A stretch of DNA of 64,000 nucleotides from Candidatus Aminicenantes bacterium (GCA_963702005.1 OY969696.1:2272001-2336000); one strand, 5' to 3'; positions 38,716 through 49,324 are shown, counted from the first letter of the stretch. The notes: generated by a model from the sequence alone, not told the origin. Numbers and translations: made by a program.

Positions 38716-39921
38716 ATGAAAATCTCCATCCACACCATGTACTTCCTCCCCGACTTCGGAAGCGCGCCCATCCTCATGAACGAGCTGGCCGCCGGCCTGG
38801 CTGCGCGAGGCCATAAGGTCGAGGTCGTCGCGACAATCCCCCGGGAAAGGGGAGACCGTTTCCGATGGACGATTCATTGCGTGGAACGAAAGGACGGCTT
38901 CATCGTCCATCGTTTCCGGACTAACGCGAACCCCAGACCGTTCCGGCGGCTCATGGCCTGGAATGCATACACGCTTTGGACCATACTCCACATGCCGACA
39001 TTCAAGAGGGGACAGGTCGTTTTTCTGAGGACTCCGCCCGTCCAGCTCGGCATCATGGGTTGGCTGGCGATAAGACTCAAAGGCGTCAAGGTCCTCCTCA
39101 ACGTCCAGGACATCCATCCCGACCTGTCCATCGAGTCCGGGATCCTCAAACACGGATTTTTGATCAAGCTCGCTCTCCGGTTCGAGCGCTGGGTTTACGA
39201 CAGGGCCGATCGAATCGCGGTCATCAGCGAAGGATTCAAATCCAATCTCCTGGCCAAAGGAGTCGATCCGGAGAAGCTCGACGTCATCCCCAATTGGGTG
39301 GATACCGATCTCCTCAAGCCGCATCCCAAGGACAACCCCGTCGCCCGCAAGTACGGCTTCGAATCCAAATTTGTAGCCATGTACTCCGGCACGATCTCCA
39401 TCAGCAGCAACCTGGCCCTGGAACTCATCCTGGAGGCGGCCGCCCTCCTCAGGGATGATCCCGACATCCTGATCGTCCTGGTCGGGGAGGGGACCAAGAA
39501 GCCGGAACTCGAAGCGCGGGCGCGTAGCCTCGGCCTGACCAACGTTCGTTTCCTGCCCTTCCAGCCATATGAGGATCTTCCGCTCTCTCTCAGCGCGGCC
39601 GACGTCCTCCTCGTCCCCCTCGACAAGGAAAAATCTCATCTCTCGGTTCCCTCCAAGCTCTACAATTTCATGGCAGCCGGGCGCCCCGTCCTGGGCCTTG
39701 CCGTCGAGGATTCCGAGGTCGCCCGGATCATCCGGGAGACGAAATGCGGCGTCTGCGCTCCTCCCGACGACACCAGGGCGATCGCGGCCGCATTGAGGAC
39801 GCTAAAAGCCTCTCCGGCGGAGCGGCGCGCTCAAGGCGAGAACGGCCGGCGCCATGTCGTCGAACATTTCGCTAAGGATATGATCCTCGATAGATACGAG
39901 AAGCTGATGGCCTCACTCTGA
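38716..39921 (+). CDS. Glycosyltransferase family 4 (WbuB/WcaI-like)
   Basis: YFLPD, VQDIHPD, IPNWVD, VPSKLYNFMAAGRPV. Confidence 0.9.
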   Translation: MKISIHTMYFLPDFGSAPILMNELAAGLAARGHKVEVVATIPRERGDRFRWTIHCVERKDGFIVHRFRTNANPRPFRRLMAWNAYTLWTILHMPTFKRGQVVFLRTPPVQLGIMGWLAIRLKGVKVLLNVQDIHPDLSIESGILKHGFLIKLALRFERWVYDRADRIAVISEGFKSNLLAKGVDPEKLDVIPNWVDTDLLKPHPKDNPVARKYGFESKFVAMYSGTISISSNLALELILEAAALLRDDPDILIVLVGEGTKKPELEARARSLGLTNVRFLPFQPYEDLPLSLSAADVLLVPLDKEKSHLSVPSKLYNFMAAGRPVLGLAVEDSEVARIIRETKCGVCAPPDDTRAIAAALRTLKASPAERRAQGENGRRHVVEHFAKDMILDRYEKLMASL

Positions 39922-39930
39922 TTAAGAGCC

Positions 39931-41016
39931 ATGAAAAAGTTCATCAAGTACTGGGTTCCGCCGATCCTGTGGATGGCTTTCATGTTTCCCGTCGGGAATA
40001 AAGTTTTCGCCAGCCCCTGGCTGTATCGATTGGTGTATTGGCTGGGACCCAAGATCGTCCCCGGGATCGGCTTCGATACTCTCGGGACGATTTATATCGT
40101 CATCCGCAAGACGATGCACGTCATGGAGTACGCGATCCTCGCCTACCTCCTCTACCGGGCCTTCCGGAGAGGCCGGCCCCGGCGCTGGAGCTTCCGCTGG
40201 GCTGCCCAAGCGGCCTCGATCGCAGTGCCGTTCGGGTTTCTTGACGAGTACCTCCAGTCCTTCGTCCCCAACCGGCGAGGCTCTCCGCTGGACTGGGGGA
40301 TCGATTCCGCGGGGATCATTCTGGCCTTGGCGGCCGTAGGACTCAGGAACGGGACCGGCAACAAAAGCGAGGCGGGACCGGTGAATCCGAATTTCAACGA
40401 TAAGGGGCTTTGGCTCAAGCGCCTGTTCGATATCGCCCTGTCTTCGTTCGGGATCATCATCTCCTCGCCGCTCTGGGTCCTGTTCGGATTCCTAGTTTGG
40501 GTCCAGGACCGGGGCCCGGTGTTTTACACCCAGGAACGGGTAGGGAAGGACGGCCGTATCTTTAGGGCCTTCAAGTTCCGGTCCATGATCAAGGATGCCG
40601 AGAGAGAAGCCGGGCCTGTTCAGGCCGTGGAGAACGATCCGCGCGTGACTAAGATCGGCCGAATCCTAAGGGCGACGGCCATGGACGAGCTCCCCCAGAT
40701 CTGGAATATCCTCAAGGGCGACATGAGCTTCGTCGGACCCCGGGCCTTGCGTCCCGCTGAGAAGGAAGTCCACGGCGACGGCACCTCGGTCTCCATCAGT
40801 GAAATTCCTGGCTATGGCGAGCGTTATCGAGTCCGTCCGGGCCTGACGGGGCTCGCCCAGGTCTATTTGCCGGGCGAAGCGCCCCGCCACAAGAAATTCG
40901 AATACGACCTGCTCTATATCGAGACGCGCTCCTTCGGGCTCGACCTCAAGACGATCTTTCTCTCGTTCTGGATCACGTTCCGGGGGAAGTGGGAATCCAG
41001 GGAGAAGAAGGTCTGA
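39931..41016 (+). CDS. VanZ-like domain fused to a priming sugar-phosphate transferase
   Basis: RKTMHVMEYAIL..DEYLQSFVPNR (VanZ); KRLFDI, FKFRSM, DPRVT, DELPQ, MSFVGPR, RPGLTGLAQV. Confidence 0.88.
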   Translation: MKKFIKYWVPPILWMAFMFPVGNKVFASPWLYRLVYWLGPKIVPGIGFDTLGTIYIVIRKTMHVMEYAILAYLLYRAFRRGRPRRWSFRWAAQAASIAVPFGFLDEYLQSFVPNRRGSPLDWGIDSAGIILALAAVGLRNGTGNKSEAGPVNPNFNDKGLWLKRLFDIALSSFGIIISSPLWVLFGFLVWVQDRGPVFYTQERVGKDGRIFRAFKFRSMIKDAEREAGPVQAVENDPRVTKIGRILRATAMDELPQIWNILKGDMSFVGPRALRPAEKEVHGDGTSVSISEIPGYGERYRVRPGLTGLAQVYLPGEAPRHKKFEYDLLYIETRSFGLDLKTIFLSFWITFRGKWESREKKV

Positions 41017-41096
41017 AGTTTGACTTCCAGGGAGGAATGGCGAATAATAATCCGTAAAGTAGGGTTTTATACTCTTTTAGCTCAGAAAAAAAAGCG

Positions 41097-42284
41097 ATGA
41101 CGAAAAGAAGTGATGTCTTGGTCGTCGGCGGCGGACCGAGCGGGCTGTGTCTGGCCCGGGAGCTCGCCGCGAGCGGCCTCGATGTCCGCGTCCTCGAGAA
41201 GAAGGATGAGATCGGGAAGGACGTCTTGTGCACCGGGATCGTGGGGAAGATGGTTTTTCCGGAGTTCGGCCTTCAGACCGATTCGGTCCGTGCCGAGATC
41301 GGCGATGTGCGCCTCGTTTCGCCGGGCGGGAACGCGCTCGTTTACCGCCATCCCCATGCTTTCGCCCGCGTCGTCGACAGGGGCCTTTTCGATAAGGCCC
41401 TGGCCGGGCAGGCCGAGACGGCCGGGGCACGGATCGAACTTAAGACTCAGGTGAACGATATCGTCCCGGATGACGAAGGCGTGAAAGTCCTTGCCCATAA
41501 CGGAGGATGGGAGCCTGCCGAGTTCCGGACCCGGATCGCCGTCCTGGCCACCGGCGTCCATCATGGGCTTCAGAAGAAGCTTGGCCTGGGTTCTGCCCGG
41601 GCGTACCTCTACGGCGCCCAAATCGAACTGGAGACGGAAAAGCCCGATGTTACGTCCATCTATTTCGGGAAGGATGTAGCGCCGGGCGGCTTCGCCTGGG
41701 TTGTCCCTTCAGGAGCGGGAAAGGCGCGTATCGGGCTCATCACCTCCTCTCATCCCAAGGCCCGCTTTTACCGTTTTATGGAATCCAGGGATTGGCAGCG
41801 AAATCGGGCCGTCGGACAGCCGCTCGGGTTCAAGGCGATCGCCCAGGGGCTGGTGTCGAAAACCTTCGGCGACCGGATTCTGGTCCTGGGGGAGGCCGCC
41901 GGCCAGGTCAAGACGACGACGGGCGGCGGCATTTATTTCGGGCTCCTCTGCTCGCGGATCGCCTCGGACGTCATTCGCCGCGCACTCGCCAGAAGCGACT
42001 GTTCCGCGAGTGGACTCGCCCCCTATGAAGCCGGCTGGCGGAAACTCCTGCGGAAGGAGATCCGGATCGGGGAAGCCGCCCGGAAGCTCCTGGCCGGGGT
42101 CTCCGACGCGCGACTGGAACGGCTCTTCGACCTGGCCAGGAACGACGGCATGATCCCGATCGTGCGCGAAAAGGGGAATTTCGACTGGCACAGCGGCCTC
42201 ATCCTGGCCCTGATCCGGCGGCTGCCCCTCTCGCTCCTGGGCCAATGGTTCCGCCGCAGGCCCGAAGGCTTGGAAGTCAATTAA
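41097..42284 (+). CDS. Geranylgeranyl-reductase-family FAD oxidoreductase
   Basis: VVGGGPSG, DRGLFD, FAWVVP, GEAAGQVKTTTGGGI. Confidence 0.85.
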   Translation: MTKRSDVLVVGGGPSGLCLARELAASGLDVRVLEKKDEIGKDVLCTGIVGKMVFPEFGLQTDSVRAEIGDVRLVSPGGNALVYRHPHAFARVVDRGLFDKALAGQAETAGARIELKTQVNDIVPDDEGVKVLAHNGGWEPAEFRTRIAVLATGVHHGLQKKLGLGSARAYLYGAQIELETEKPDVTSIYFGKDVAPGGFAWVVPSGAGKARIGLITSSHPKARFYRFMESRDWQRNRAVGQPLGFKAIAQGLVSKTFGDRILVLGEAAGQVKTTTGGGIYFGLLCSRIASDVIRRALARSDCSASGLAPYEAGWRKLLRKEIRIGEAARKLLAGVSDARLERLFDLARNDGMIPIVREKGNFDWHSGLILALIRRLPLSLLGQWFRRRPEGLEVN

Positions 42285-42432
42285 TTAAGCGTTCAGGCAT
42301 CATAACCCCGATACTCGGAATAATTCTTTTAGGTCATTAAATGAAAAACCTCAAGGACATCCGATGGACCGCCGTCTGGCCGTGGCTGCTCCTGGCGGCC
42401 CTCGCCTATTTTCTCGCCAAGAGGATCGCCGG

Positions 42433-43692
42433 ATGAGATTCTCGAAGCGGACCGTCCTCGTCCTGGGCCTCCTGGCCGGAGTCCTTCCCCTCTGCGGCCA
42501 GGAATATCGGACCTTCCAGGATGAGCTGGCCGCGGTCCGCGAACGGGCCCGCTGGCGGCTGGGGCCGTTGAGGCTCGTCCCGACCCTCCAGATCCGAAAC
42601 ATCGGTTACGACAACAATGTCTATTATCGAACCCAGGACGGCCATCCTGTCGGCGATTATACCGGAACCATCGCTCCGGACCTGAAAGCCTATCTTCTTT
42701 TGGGAAGCAGCCTGATCCTCTCTTTCCAGGAAAACCCGGAATACGTCTTTTATGCCAGGGAAAAAGGATATAGGTCTTTCGCCAATAGTTACGCTCCGGG
42801 CGTCAAGCTGAACCTATTCCGGCGATTTGTCCTTTCGGGGAATTATCAGAATCAGAAACACCGGCGGCGTGTCTCGCCCGAAATCGACTACTTGACGACG
42901 GACCTAATTCGCGGAGGGGACGGCGGGTTCTTTTTCGAGACCGTCCGGAAGACCGCCCTGGGAATCACGGGCAACGTCCGGCGCTATTCTTACGAGGCTA
43001 TCCGCTTGCCGGGCTCCGACGCCCCCTTATCCCGGGAATTGGGCCGCGAGGAAAAGACCGGACAGCTCGAGTTCTATTACCGTCTCTATCCGGAAAACTT
43101 CTTTTTTCTGGACGCGGGATACACGGACGTCCGTTTTCTGGATCAGTCGGTGGCATGGCGGAACGTCTATTCCTATCAGACCTCGGGCGGCATCCGCTTC
43201 TCGCCGACGGGCCGCGTCCGCGGGCTTCTGACGCTCGGCTGGAAAAAGCTCGTTCCGCGAGCGGCCGGTCGAAAAGGGTTCCAAGGTCTCACGGCCCGGA
43301 CCGAGCTCGAGGTCCGGCTGGGGCGGATCGTCCTCAACGCCCTCCACAGCCGGGACAGCAATTTTTCCTACTGGACGAACGTCATCTATTTCATCGATCA
43401 TCGCTATGGAGCGGGCCTCTCTTTCTATCTGAATAGGTCCCTCCGCCTTGACTACAAATATCAGCAGGGCCGGATGAACTATCCGGAAAATATTTCTTAT
43501 GCGACCCCGGAGGGTCCCGTCATCCTCCAAAGGAAAGACCGGGATGAATCCCATTCCCTCGGGTTTATGGTCCGCTTGTTCCAAAGGACCGGAGTCGGGA
43601 TCTCGGCGGATTACTGGAAGAAACGGTCGAACCTGCCCGGAACAAGTATTGACCGCTGGTTCATCGGCGGCTATCTTAGCTACGAATTCTAA
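42433..43692 (+). CDS. Outer-membrane beta-barrel associated with polysaccharide export
   Basis: Signal peptide, GYDNNVY, amphipathic strands, terminal YEF; directly upstream of wza. Confidence 0.7.
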   Translation: MRFSKRTVLVLGLLAGVLPLCGQEYRTFQDELAAVRERARWRLGPLRLVPTLQIRNIGYDNNVYYRTQDGHPVGDYTGTIAPDLKAYLLLGSSLILSFQENPEYVFYAREKGYRSFANSYAPGVKLNLFRRFVLSGNYQNQKHRRRVSPEIDYLTTDLIRGGDGGFFFETVRKTALGITGNVRRYSYEAIRLPGSDAPLSRELGREEKTGQLEFYYRLYPENFFFLDAGYTDVRFLDQSVAWRNVYSYQTSGGIRFSPTGRVRGLLTLGWKKLVPRAAGRKGFQGLTARTELEVRLGRIVLNALHSRDSNFSYWTNVIYFIDHRYGAGLSFYLNRSLRLDYKYQQGRMNYPENISYATPEGPVILQRKDRDESHSLGFMVRLFQRTGVGISADYWKKRSNLPGTSIDRWFIGGYLSYEF

Positions 43693-43712
43693 GCCGCGAC
43701 AGGAGATAGGAA

Positions 43713-44591
43713 ATGAAAAATACAGGCGTTGCGATCATCGCCCTCGCGACCCTCATCGTCATCGTCCTCGCCCCGGGCCTCGTCCCTCTCCGAGCCCAGG
43801 AGAAGGCCCAAACCCCGTCCCAGTACATCGTAGAGTACAAGATCGGGGCCAAAGACCTCCTTGAGATCAGCGTCTTCGGAGTCAATGAACTCAACACGAC
43901 CGTCCGCGTCTCCGAGGACGGGAAGATCACGCTTCCCTTGCTGGGCGAGGTCAGCGTCGACGGTTTGACCAAGTCCGAGCTCGAGAAGAAGCTGGCGACG
44001 CTCCTCGAGGAGAAGTACGTCCAGAATCCCCAGGTCACGATCTTCATCAAGGAGTACCAGAGCAAGCGGGTCTCGGTCATGGGCGCTGTCGGCAAACCGG
44101 GGGACTACGAACTTCTCGGCCGCCAGACGCTCCTCCAGATCCTGTCCCAAGCGGGCGGGCTGACCCGCGACGCCGCGAAGGAGATCATCGTCATGCGCCA
44201 GCTCCAGGACGGATCGAGCGTCTCCCACCATATCCTCATCGACGAGCTCATCCTGCGCGGCGACCCCAAGTTCAACATCCTCATCGAGCCCGGCGACATC
44301 GTCAACGTCCCGGTCGACAGGACCGTTCCCGTCTACATCTTCGGCCAGGTCAAGAATCCGGGCGCCCTGCAGGTCAAAAAATCCAGCATGCCGACCCTCC
44401 TCCAGGCCATCGCCCAGGCCGGCGGGTTCACGGACCGGGCCGCCAAGGGCTCGGTCCTCATCAAGCGCAAGGACGCGGCCGGGAAGGAAATCGAGATCAA
44501 GGTCAACGTCAAGGACATCATCAAGGGCAAGAAAAAGGATGTCCCGCTCGAGGAGAACGACACCGTCTATGTGCCCGAGAGCTTCTTTTAA
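43713..44591 (+). CDS. wza: Polysaccharide export protein (Wza/Poly_export plus SLBB)
   Basis: YKIGAKDLLEISVF, DGKITLPLLG, two SLBB domains, VYVPESFF. Confidence 0.88.
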   Translation: MKNTGVAIIALATLIVIVLAPGLVPLRAQEKAQTPSQYIVEYKIGAKDLLEISVFGVNELNTTVRVSEDGKITLPLLGEVSVDGLTKSELEKKLATLLEEKYVQNPQVTIFIKEYQSKRVSVMGAVGKPGDYELLGRQTLLQILSQAGGLTRDAAKEIIVMRQLQDGSSVSHHILIDELILRGDPKFNILIEPGDIVNVPVDRTVPVYIFGQVKNPGALQVKKSSMPTLLQAIAQAGGFTDRAAKGSVLIKRKDAAGKEIEIKVNVKDIIKGKKKDVPLEENDTVYVPESFF

Positions 44592-44621
44592 GGCGAAGCG
44601 TCCGGGCCAAAGGGGTACACC

Positions 44622-46982
44622 ATGAACACGACGCCAGAACGGAAAGAAATCGACCTCCTGGAATACTGGAGGATCATCCTCAAGCGGAAGTGGATCCTCC
44701 TGACCTTCTGCGCCCTTCTCCTCGCCTTCGTCGGGATCTTTTCCTTCACGGCCACGCCGCTCTACCGGGCGACGGCCACGGTCATGATCGAGGAGCCGAG
44801 CTCGGGGGTCTTCAACATCCAGGAGGTCCTGGGGATGGGGGGCTTCCAGACCGATTTTTTAGGGACCTACTTCAACACCCAGCTCCGGCTCCTCCAGAGC
44901 CGGTCCCTGGCCGAGCGGGTCGCCAAGAAGATGAACCTGGCCGCCCGGCCCGAGCTCCAATCGAGGCGGACGCCCCGGCCGAACCTGCTGAGCTACGTCA
45001 AGCGGGTTCTGAGCTTGAGCTGGCTCCTCCCCGGCAAAAAGGCTTCGGCCGAAAGCGGCGGAGGGGAAACGGGGTCGGTCAAGCCGATCCAGAACGTGAA
45101 CGCTCTGTATGCGTTTACGGTCCTGGGCGGTCTCGGCATCTCCCCCGTTCCGGAGACCAGGCTCGTCCAGGTCAGCTACAGCTCCCCCTATCCCGTCCTG
45201 GCCGCGGACATCGTCAACAACCTCGTCGAGGAGTTCATCGATTTCTCGGTCGAGACGCGCTACGAGGCAACTCAGCAGGCCTCCGAGTTCCTGAGCAGCC
45301 AGATCGCCCAGCTTCGGGACGACTTGGCCGCCAAGGAACGGGAGCTCCAGCGCTACGGCGAGGAGAAGAAGCTCCTCTTCCTCAGCGACAAGGAGAGCTC
45401 GGTCGTGTCCAAGTATTCGGAGGTCAACACGGCTTACACGACGGCCCAGATCGACCGGATCAATAAAGAGGCCGTCTGGCGGGAGCTTAAGGACCTCAAG
45501 ATCGACTCGCTGCCGCCTTCGATCAACAATCCGGTCATCGAAAGCCTCAAGACGGCCTACATCCAGAACAAGAACGAGTACGACGAGAAGAGCAAGGTCT
45601 TCAAGCCCGATTACCCGGGCATGATCCAGCTCATGGCCCGCCTCGACAGCGCCCGGGGCAATCTCGAAAGCGAGATCGGGAAGGCGGTCGACGCGGCCGA
45701 GTCCGACTACCGGGCGGCCTTCAAGACCGAGCAGTCCCTCCAGGGCCTGCTCGAAACCCAGCGGACCGACGTCGTCAAGATGAACAACAACGCCATCCTC
45801 TACAACAACCTCCGGATCGACGTCGAGAACAAGCGGATCCTCCTCAACTCGCTCGTCGCCAAGCAGAACGAGACCCTCGTCTCGGCCCGGCTGGGCGGGC
45901 TGCGGACCTCGAGCATCAAGATCATCGATCGGGCCCTCGTCCCGGGGGGGCCGTACTCCCCCAACACGCATCGGAACCTGATTATGGCCATCCTGCTCGG
46001 AGTCATCGGCGGGCTGGGGCTCATCTTCCTGGTCGAGTTCCTGGACAATGCCGTTAAGGGGCCGGAGGACGTCGAGAAGCTGGTCGGGCTTCCCTCGCTG
46101 GGAGTCATTCCCTACCTGTCCCCCGAAGCGACCAAGAAGAGGTACGATTCGCGAAATTACGGCTACAACTACAGGAGCAGCTACGCGAGCACCTACGGAG
46201 ACGGCGAAGCGAGCAAGAGCGACCAGCCGCCGCCCGAACAGCGCCAGATCGAGCTCATCAACCACCTCTACCCCAAATTCTCCATCTCCGAGGACTACCG
46301 GACGGTCCGGACCTCGATCCTGTTCTCCCACGCCGACACCGCCCCCAAGGTCATCAGCTTTACGAGCTCGATGCCCCAGGAAGGAAAGACGGCCACCGTC
46401 GCCAACTTGGCCGTATCGTTCGCCCAGCTCGAAGGCCGGGTCCTCATCGTCGACGCCGACCTCCGCAAGCCGCGGATGCACAAGGTCTTCAAGGCCCGCA
46501 ACACGATCGGCCTGGCCGGGTTCCTGACCGGGAAGGTCGCCCTGGAGGAGATCGTCCAGAAGACCTCGATCGACCGCATCTGGCTCATTCCCAGCGGCCC
46601 CCATCCGCCCAACCCGGCGGAGCTCCTCAACTCCAAGCGGATGCGGGACCTGGTCAACGTCGTCCGGGAGAAGTTCGACATCGTTCTCGTCGACGCCCCG
46701 CCCGCCCTGGCCGTCATCGACCCGGTCATCATCAGCTCCCTCTCGGACGTGACGGTCTTTATTATTCGGGCCGGAAAGACGACGCGCAAGGCTTTGGTCA
46801 AGGCCGTCGGGGAAGTCCGAAAGTCCAAGGCCGACATCGTCGGCGTCATCTTCAACGAGGTCAAGACCGGCGGCGAAGGCCGCGGCGCCCCTTACTATCA
46901 TTACTATCAGTACGAGTACTACACGAACGAATCCGAACCGGCTCGGGGTCATGAGACGGCCGCTAACGGGAAACGTTCGTAA
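44622..46982 (+). CDS. wzc: Polysaccharide co-polymerase / tyrosine autokinase
   Basis: IDLLEYW, coiled coil, TSSMPQEGKT, DADLRKP, PNPAELL, C-terminal YYHYYQYEYY. Confidence 0.92.
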   Translation: MNTTPERKEIDLLEYWRIILKRKWILLTFCALLLAFVGIFSFTATPLYRATATVMIEEPSSGVFNIQEVLGMGGFQTDFLGTYFNTQLRLLQSRSLAERVAKKMNLAARPELQSRRTPRPNLLSYVKRVLSLSWLLPGKKASAESGGGETGSVKPIQNVNALYAFTVLGGLGISPVPETRLVQVSYSSPYPVLAADIVNNLVEEFIDFSVETRYEATQQASEFLSSQIAQLRDDLAAKERELQRYGEEKKLLFLSDKESSVVSKYSEVNTAYTTAQIDRINKEAVWRELKDLKIDSLPPSINNPVIESLKTAYIQNKNEYDEKSKVFKPDYPGMIQLMARLDSARGNLESEIGKAVDAAESDYRAAFKTEQSLQGLLETQRTDVVKMNNNAILYNNLRIDVENKRILLNSLVAKQNETLVSARLGGLRTSSIKIIDRALVPGGPYSPNTHRNLIMAILLGVIGGLGLIFLVEFLDNAVKGPEDVEKLVGLPSLGVIPYLSPEATKKRYDSRNYGYNYRSSYASTYGDGEASKSDQPPPEQRQIELINHLYPKFSISEDYRTVRTSILFSHADTAPKVISFTSSMPQEGKTATVANLAVSFAQLEGRVLIVDADLRKPRMHKVFKARNTIGLAGFLTGKVALEEIVQKTSIDRIWLIPSGPHPPNPAELLNSKRMRDLVNVVREKFDIVLVDAPPALAVIDPVIISSLSDVTVFIIRAGKTTRKALVKAVGEVRKSKADIVGVIFNEVKTGGEGRGAPYYHYYQYEYYTNESEPARGHETAANGKRS

Positions 46983-47006
46983 TCCGATAGTCATTAAACC
47001 GACACG

Positions 47007-47813
47007 ATGATCGACCTTCACTGCCATATCCTGCCGGGCTTGGACGACGGCGCCGTCGACATGGCCGAGTCCGTCGAGATGGCCCGGATCCTCCGCGACG
47101 AGGGGGTGCGGACCGTCGTCGCGACGCCCCACGTCTTCCGCGACGGCTCGGATCCCAAGGTCCTGACCCTGATGGTCAGGAAGCGGGAGGAACTGGCCCA
47201 GGCCCTGGCCAAGGAAAAGATCGACCTCGATGTCGTCAGCGGGGCCGAGGCCTATTTCTCTCACGAATTCCTCGACGAGGTCCGCAAGAAGAGGAAACGG
47301 CTCGTCGTCAACGGCTCTGCCTATCTGTTCGTCGAATTCCCCGCCGACCACATCTACGCCGGCGCCCGGAACATCTTCTTCGACCTCCTCAACGAGGGGC
47401 TCATCCCGATCATCGCCCATCCCGAGCGGAACACCGGCTTTCAAAAGGAGCCGGCCCTCCTCTATGAGCTGGTCCGGATGGGTGCCCTTGCCCAAGCCAA
47501 CAGCCGGAGCTTCCTGGGCGGATACGGAACCCGGGTCCGGGAAACGGCGGTATCGTTTCTAAAGCTCAACCTCGTCCAGCTCATTGCCAGTGACGGGCAC
47601 AGCCCCCGGACGCGGAGCCCGCGGATGCGGGCGGCCGTGGCCGAGGTTGCCAAGATGGTGGGCGAGAAGGCCGCCCTGGCCATGGTGACGGCGAACCCGG
47701 AGGCCGTCATCAAGGATGGGGAGCCGCCTTATCGCCCCGACCCCGTCGATCCATCGACCCGGAAGAAATCGCTCAAGGTCCCGATCCCCTCTTTTTTCAA
47801 GTTCAGGAAATAG
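47007..47813 (+). CDS. CpsB/CapC-family PHP tyrosine phosphatase
   Basis: IDLHCHILPGLDDG, ATPH, IAHPERN, ASDGH. Confidence 0.92.
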   Translation: MIDLHCHILPGLDDGAVDMAESVEMARILRDEGVRTVVATPHVFRDGSDPKVLTLMVRKREELAQALAKEKIDLDVVSGAEAYFSHEFLDEVRKKRKRLVVNGSAYLFVEFPADHIYAGARNIFFDLLNEGLIPIIAHPERNTGFQKEPALLYELVRMGALAQANSRSFLGGYGTRVRETAVSFLKLNLVQLIASDGHSPRTRSPRMRAAVAEVAKMVGEKAALAMVTANPEAVIKDGEPPYRPDPVDPSTRKKSLKVPIPSFFKFRK

Positions 47814-47848
47814 GGGATCATGGGGTATGATACCTTGAGGAAACGACC

Positions 47849-49324
47849 ATGGAGATAGAAGCGCAGGCGGCCGTCCTGTCCGACAAGGATATCTTCCTAC
47901 GCCGCGTCATCGAGTACGGCCTGCTGGCCGTCATCGTCCTGAGCCCGCTCCCGGCCGCCTCGGTCTACGAGTGGTCCATTCTGGGGATTCAGCTCGTGGC
48001 GCTGGCAATGACGGCCGCCTTCGTCTTCCTCGATGAAAAACCGGCCGTCAACACGATCCTCCTGTCGTCATTGAAATGGCCGGGCCGGCTACTCAAAGTC
48101 TTCGCGGCCTTCGTCCTCGTCCAAATCATCCCTTGGCCCGGGTTTCTCGTTTCCCTCCTCTCGCCCGGCGCCGCGGCCTTCCGCGGGGACTTCCATCCGC
48201 TCTTTCCGTCCTCCGATTTCATGAGCTTCTCGCTCGTCCCGGCCCGAACCCTCCAGGCCGGGCTCGAGCTGCTGCCATACATCCTGATCGGCTTCCTTAT
48301 CATCCGTACCATTCATCACCGACAGCAGATCCGCCGCATGCTGATCGTCCTCGTCGCCATGGGATTCTTCGAGGCCTTCTACGGCCTGTTCGAGCTGTCC
48401 CGCTCCAACCCCCGGGTCCTGTTCTATAAGAAGCTCTACAACCTCGATTCCCTGACGGGCACCTTCATCAACCGGAACCACCTGTCCGGCTATCTCGAGA
48501 TGATCCTGCCCCTGGCCATCGGGCTCGTCCTGGCCCGGATCGATTTCTTCGCCGTATCCGGAAAAGGCTGGCGGGACAAGCTCATCCAGTTCGCCGGCAA
48601 GGGCGCCTCCCAGAATGTCCTCATGACCATGGCCGCCGTCGTCATTTCCATCGGCATCGTCCTGTCCAGGTCCCGGTCGGGCGCCTTCGCCCTCGTCTTC
48701 GGGTTCATCCTGTTTTTCGGCCTGACCGCGCTCTACTTCGGCAAGCTGCGGACCCGCCAGATCTGGATGAGGAACTTTCTGACCGTGACCTTTTGGATCG
48801 TCATCGCCCTTTCCCTTTATGTCGGAATCGGCGCGACCATCCAGCGATTCGGCGCGGACAACCTTCTTCAGGGCGGGCGGCCGATTTACTGGAAGAACGT
48901 CTTGGGCATGATCGGCCGCTTCCCGCTCCTGGGGACCGGGTTGGGGACGTTCGGCTACGTCTATCCGGCCTTCGAAGCGGCCGGCGGCGGCGAGGGGGTC
49001 CTCCTCCACGCCCATAACGACTACCTGGAGTTCTTCTCCGAGCTGGGTTTGGCAGGCACGATCCTCTTGGGCGGAGCCGTCATTCTCCTGATCCTCAAGG
49101 CGTTCATGATGTGGAGGACGCGCGTCAACCCCGAGATGAAGGGGCTGGCCTTGGGTGGGCTCGTCTCTTTGTTTCTGATCCTGTTCCACAGCCTGACCGA
49201 TTTCAACCTCCAGATCCCGGCCAACCGGCTCCTATTCACGGTCGTCTTGGCCTTGACCCTGGTTGCGGCTTACCACGGGCGAACCCCGGGGCGCGTCGCC
49301 CAGCTCCGGAGATTCCCGCGATGA
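47849..49324 (+). CDS. O-antigen ligase / O-oligosaccharyltransferase-family protein
   Basis: GTFINRNH, SRSRSG, PLLGTGLGTF, HAHNDYLE, HSLTDFNLQIPAN. Confidence 0.85.
   Translation: MEIEAQAAVLSDKDIFLRRVIEYGLLAVIVLSPLPAASVYEWSILGIQLVALAMTAAFVFLDEKPAVNTILLSSLKWPGRLLKVFAAFVLVQIIPWPGFLVSLLSPGAAAFRGDFHPLFPSSDFMSFSLVPARTLQAGLELLPYILIGFLIIRTIHHRQQIRRMLIVLVAMGFFEAFYGLFELSRSNPRVLFYKKLYNLDSLTGTFINRNHLSGYLEMILPLAIGLVLARIDFFAVSGKGWRDKLIQFAGKGASQNVLMTMAAVVISIGIVLSRSRSGAFALVFGFILFFGLTALYFGKLRTRQIWMRNFLTVTFWIVIALSLYVGIGATIQRFGADNLLQGGRPIYWKNVLGMIGRFPLLGTGLGTFGYVYPAFEAAGGGEGVLLHAHNDYLEFFSELGLAGTILLGGAVILLILKAFMMWRTRVNPEMKGLALGGLVSLFLILFHSLTDFNLQIPANRLLFTVVLALTLVAAYHGRTPGRVAQLRRFPR

Noticed and set aside
44859-47495. 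878-aa minus-strand ORF, and similar long ORFs at 5780-8020, 56498-58024 and 61412-62797
   Set aside because: Antisense shadows of well-supported genes in high-GC DNA with no recognisable motifs
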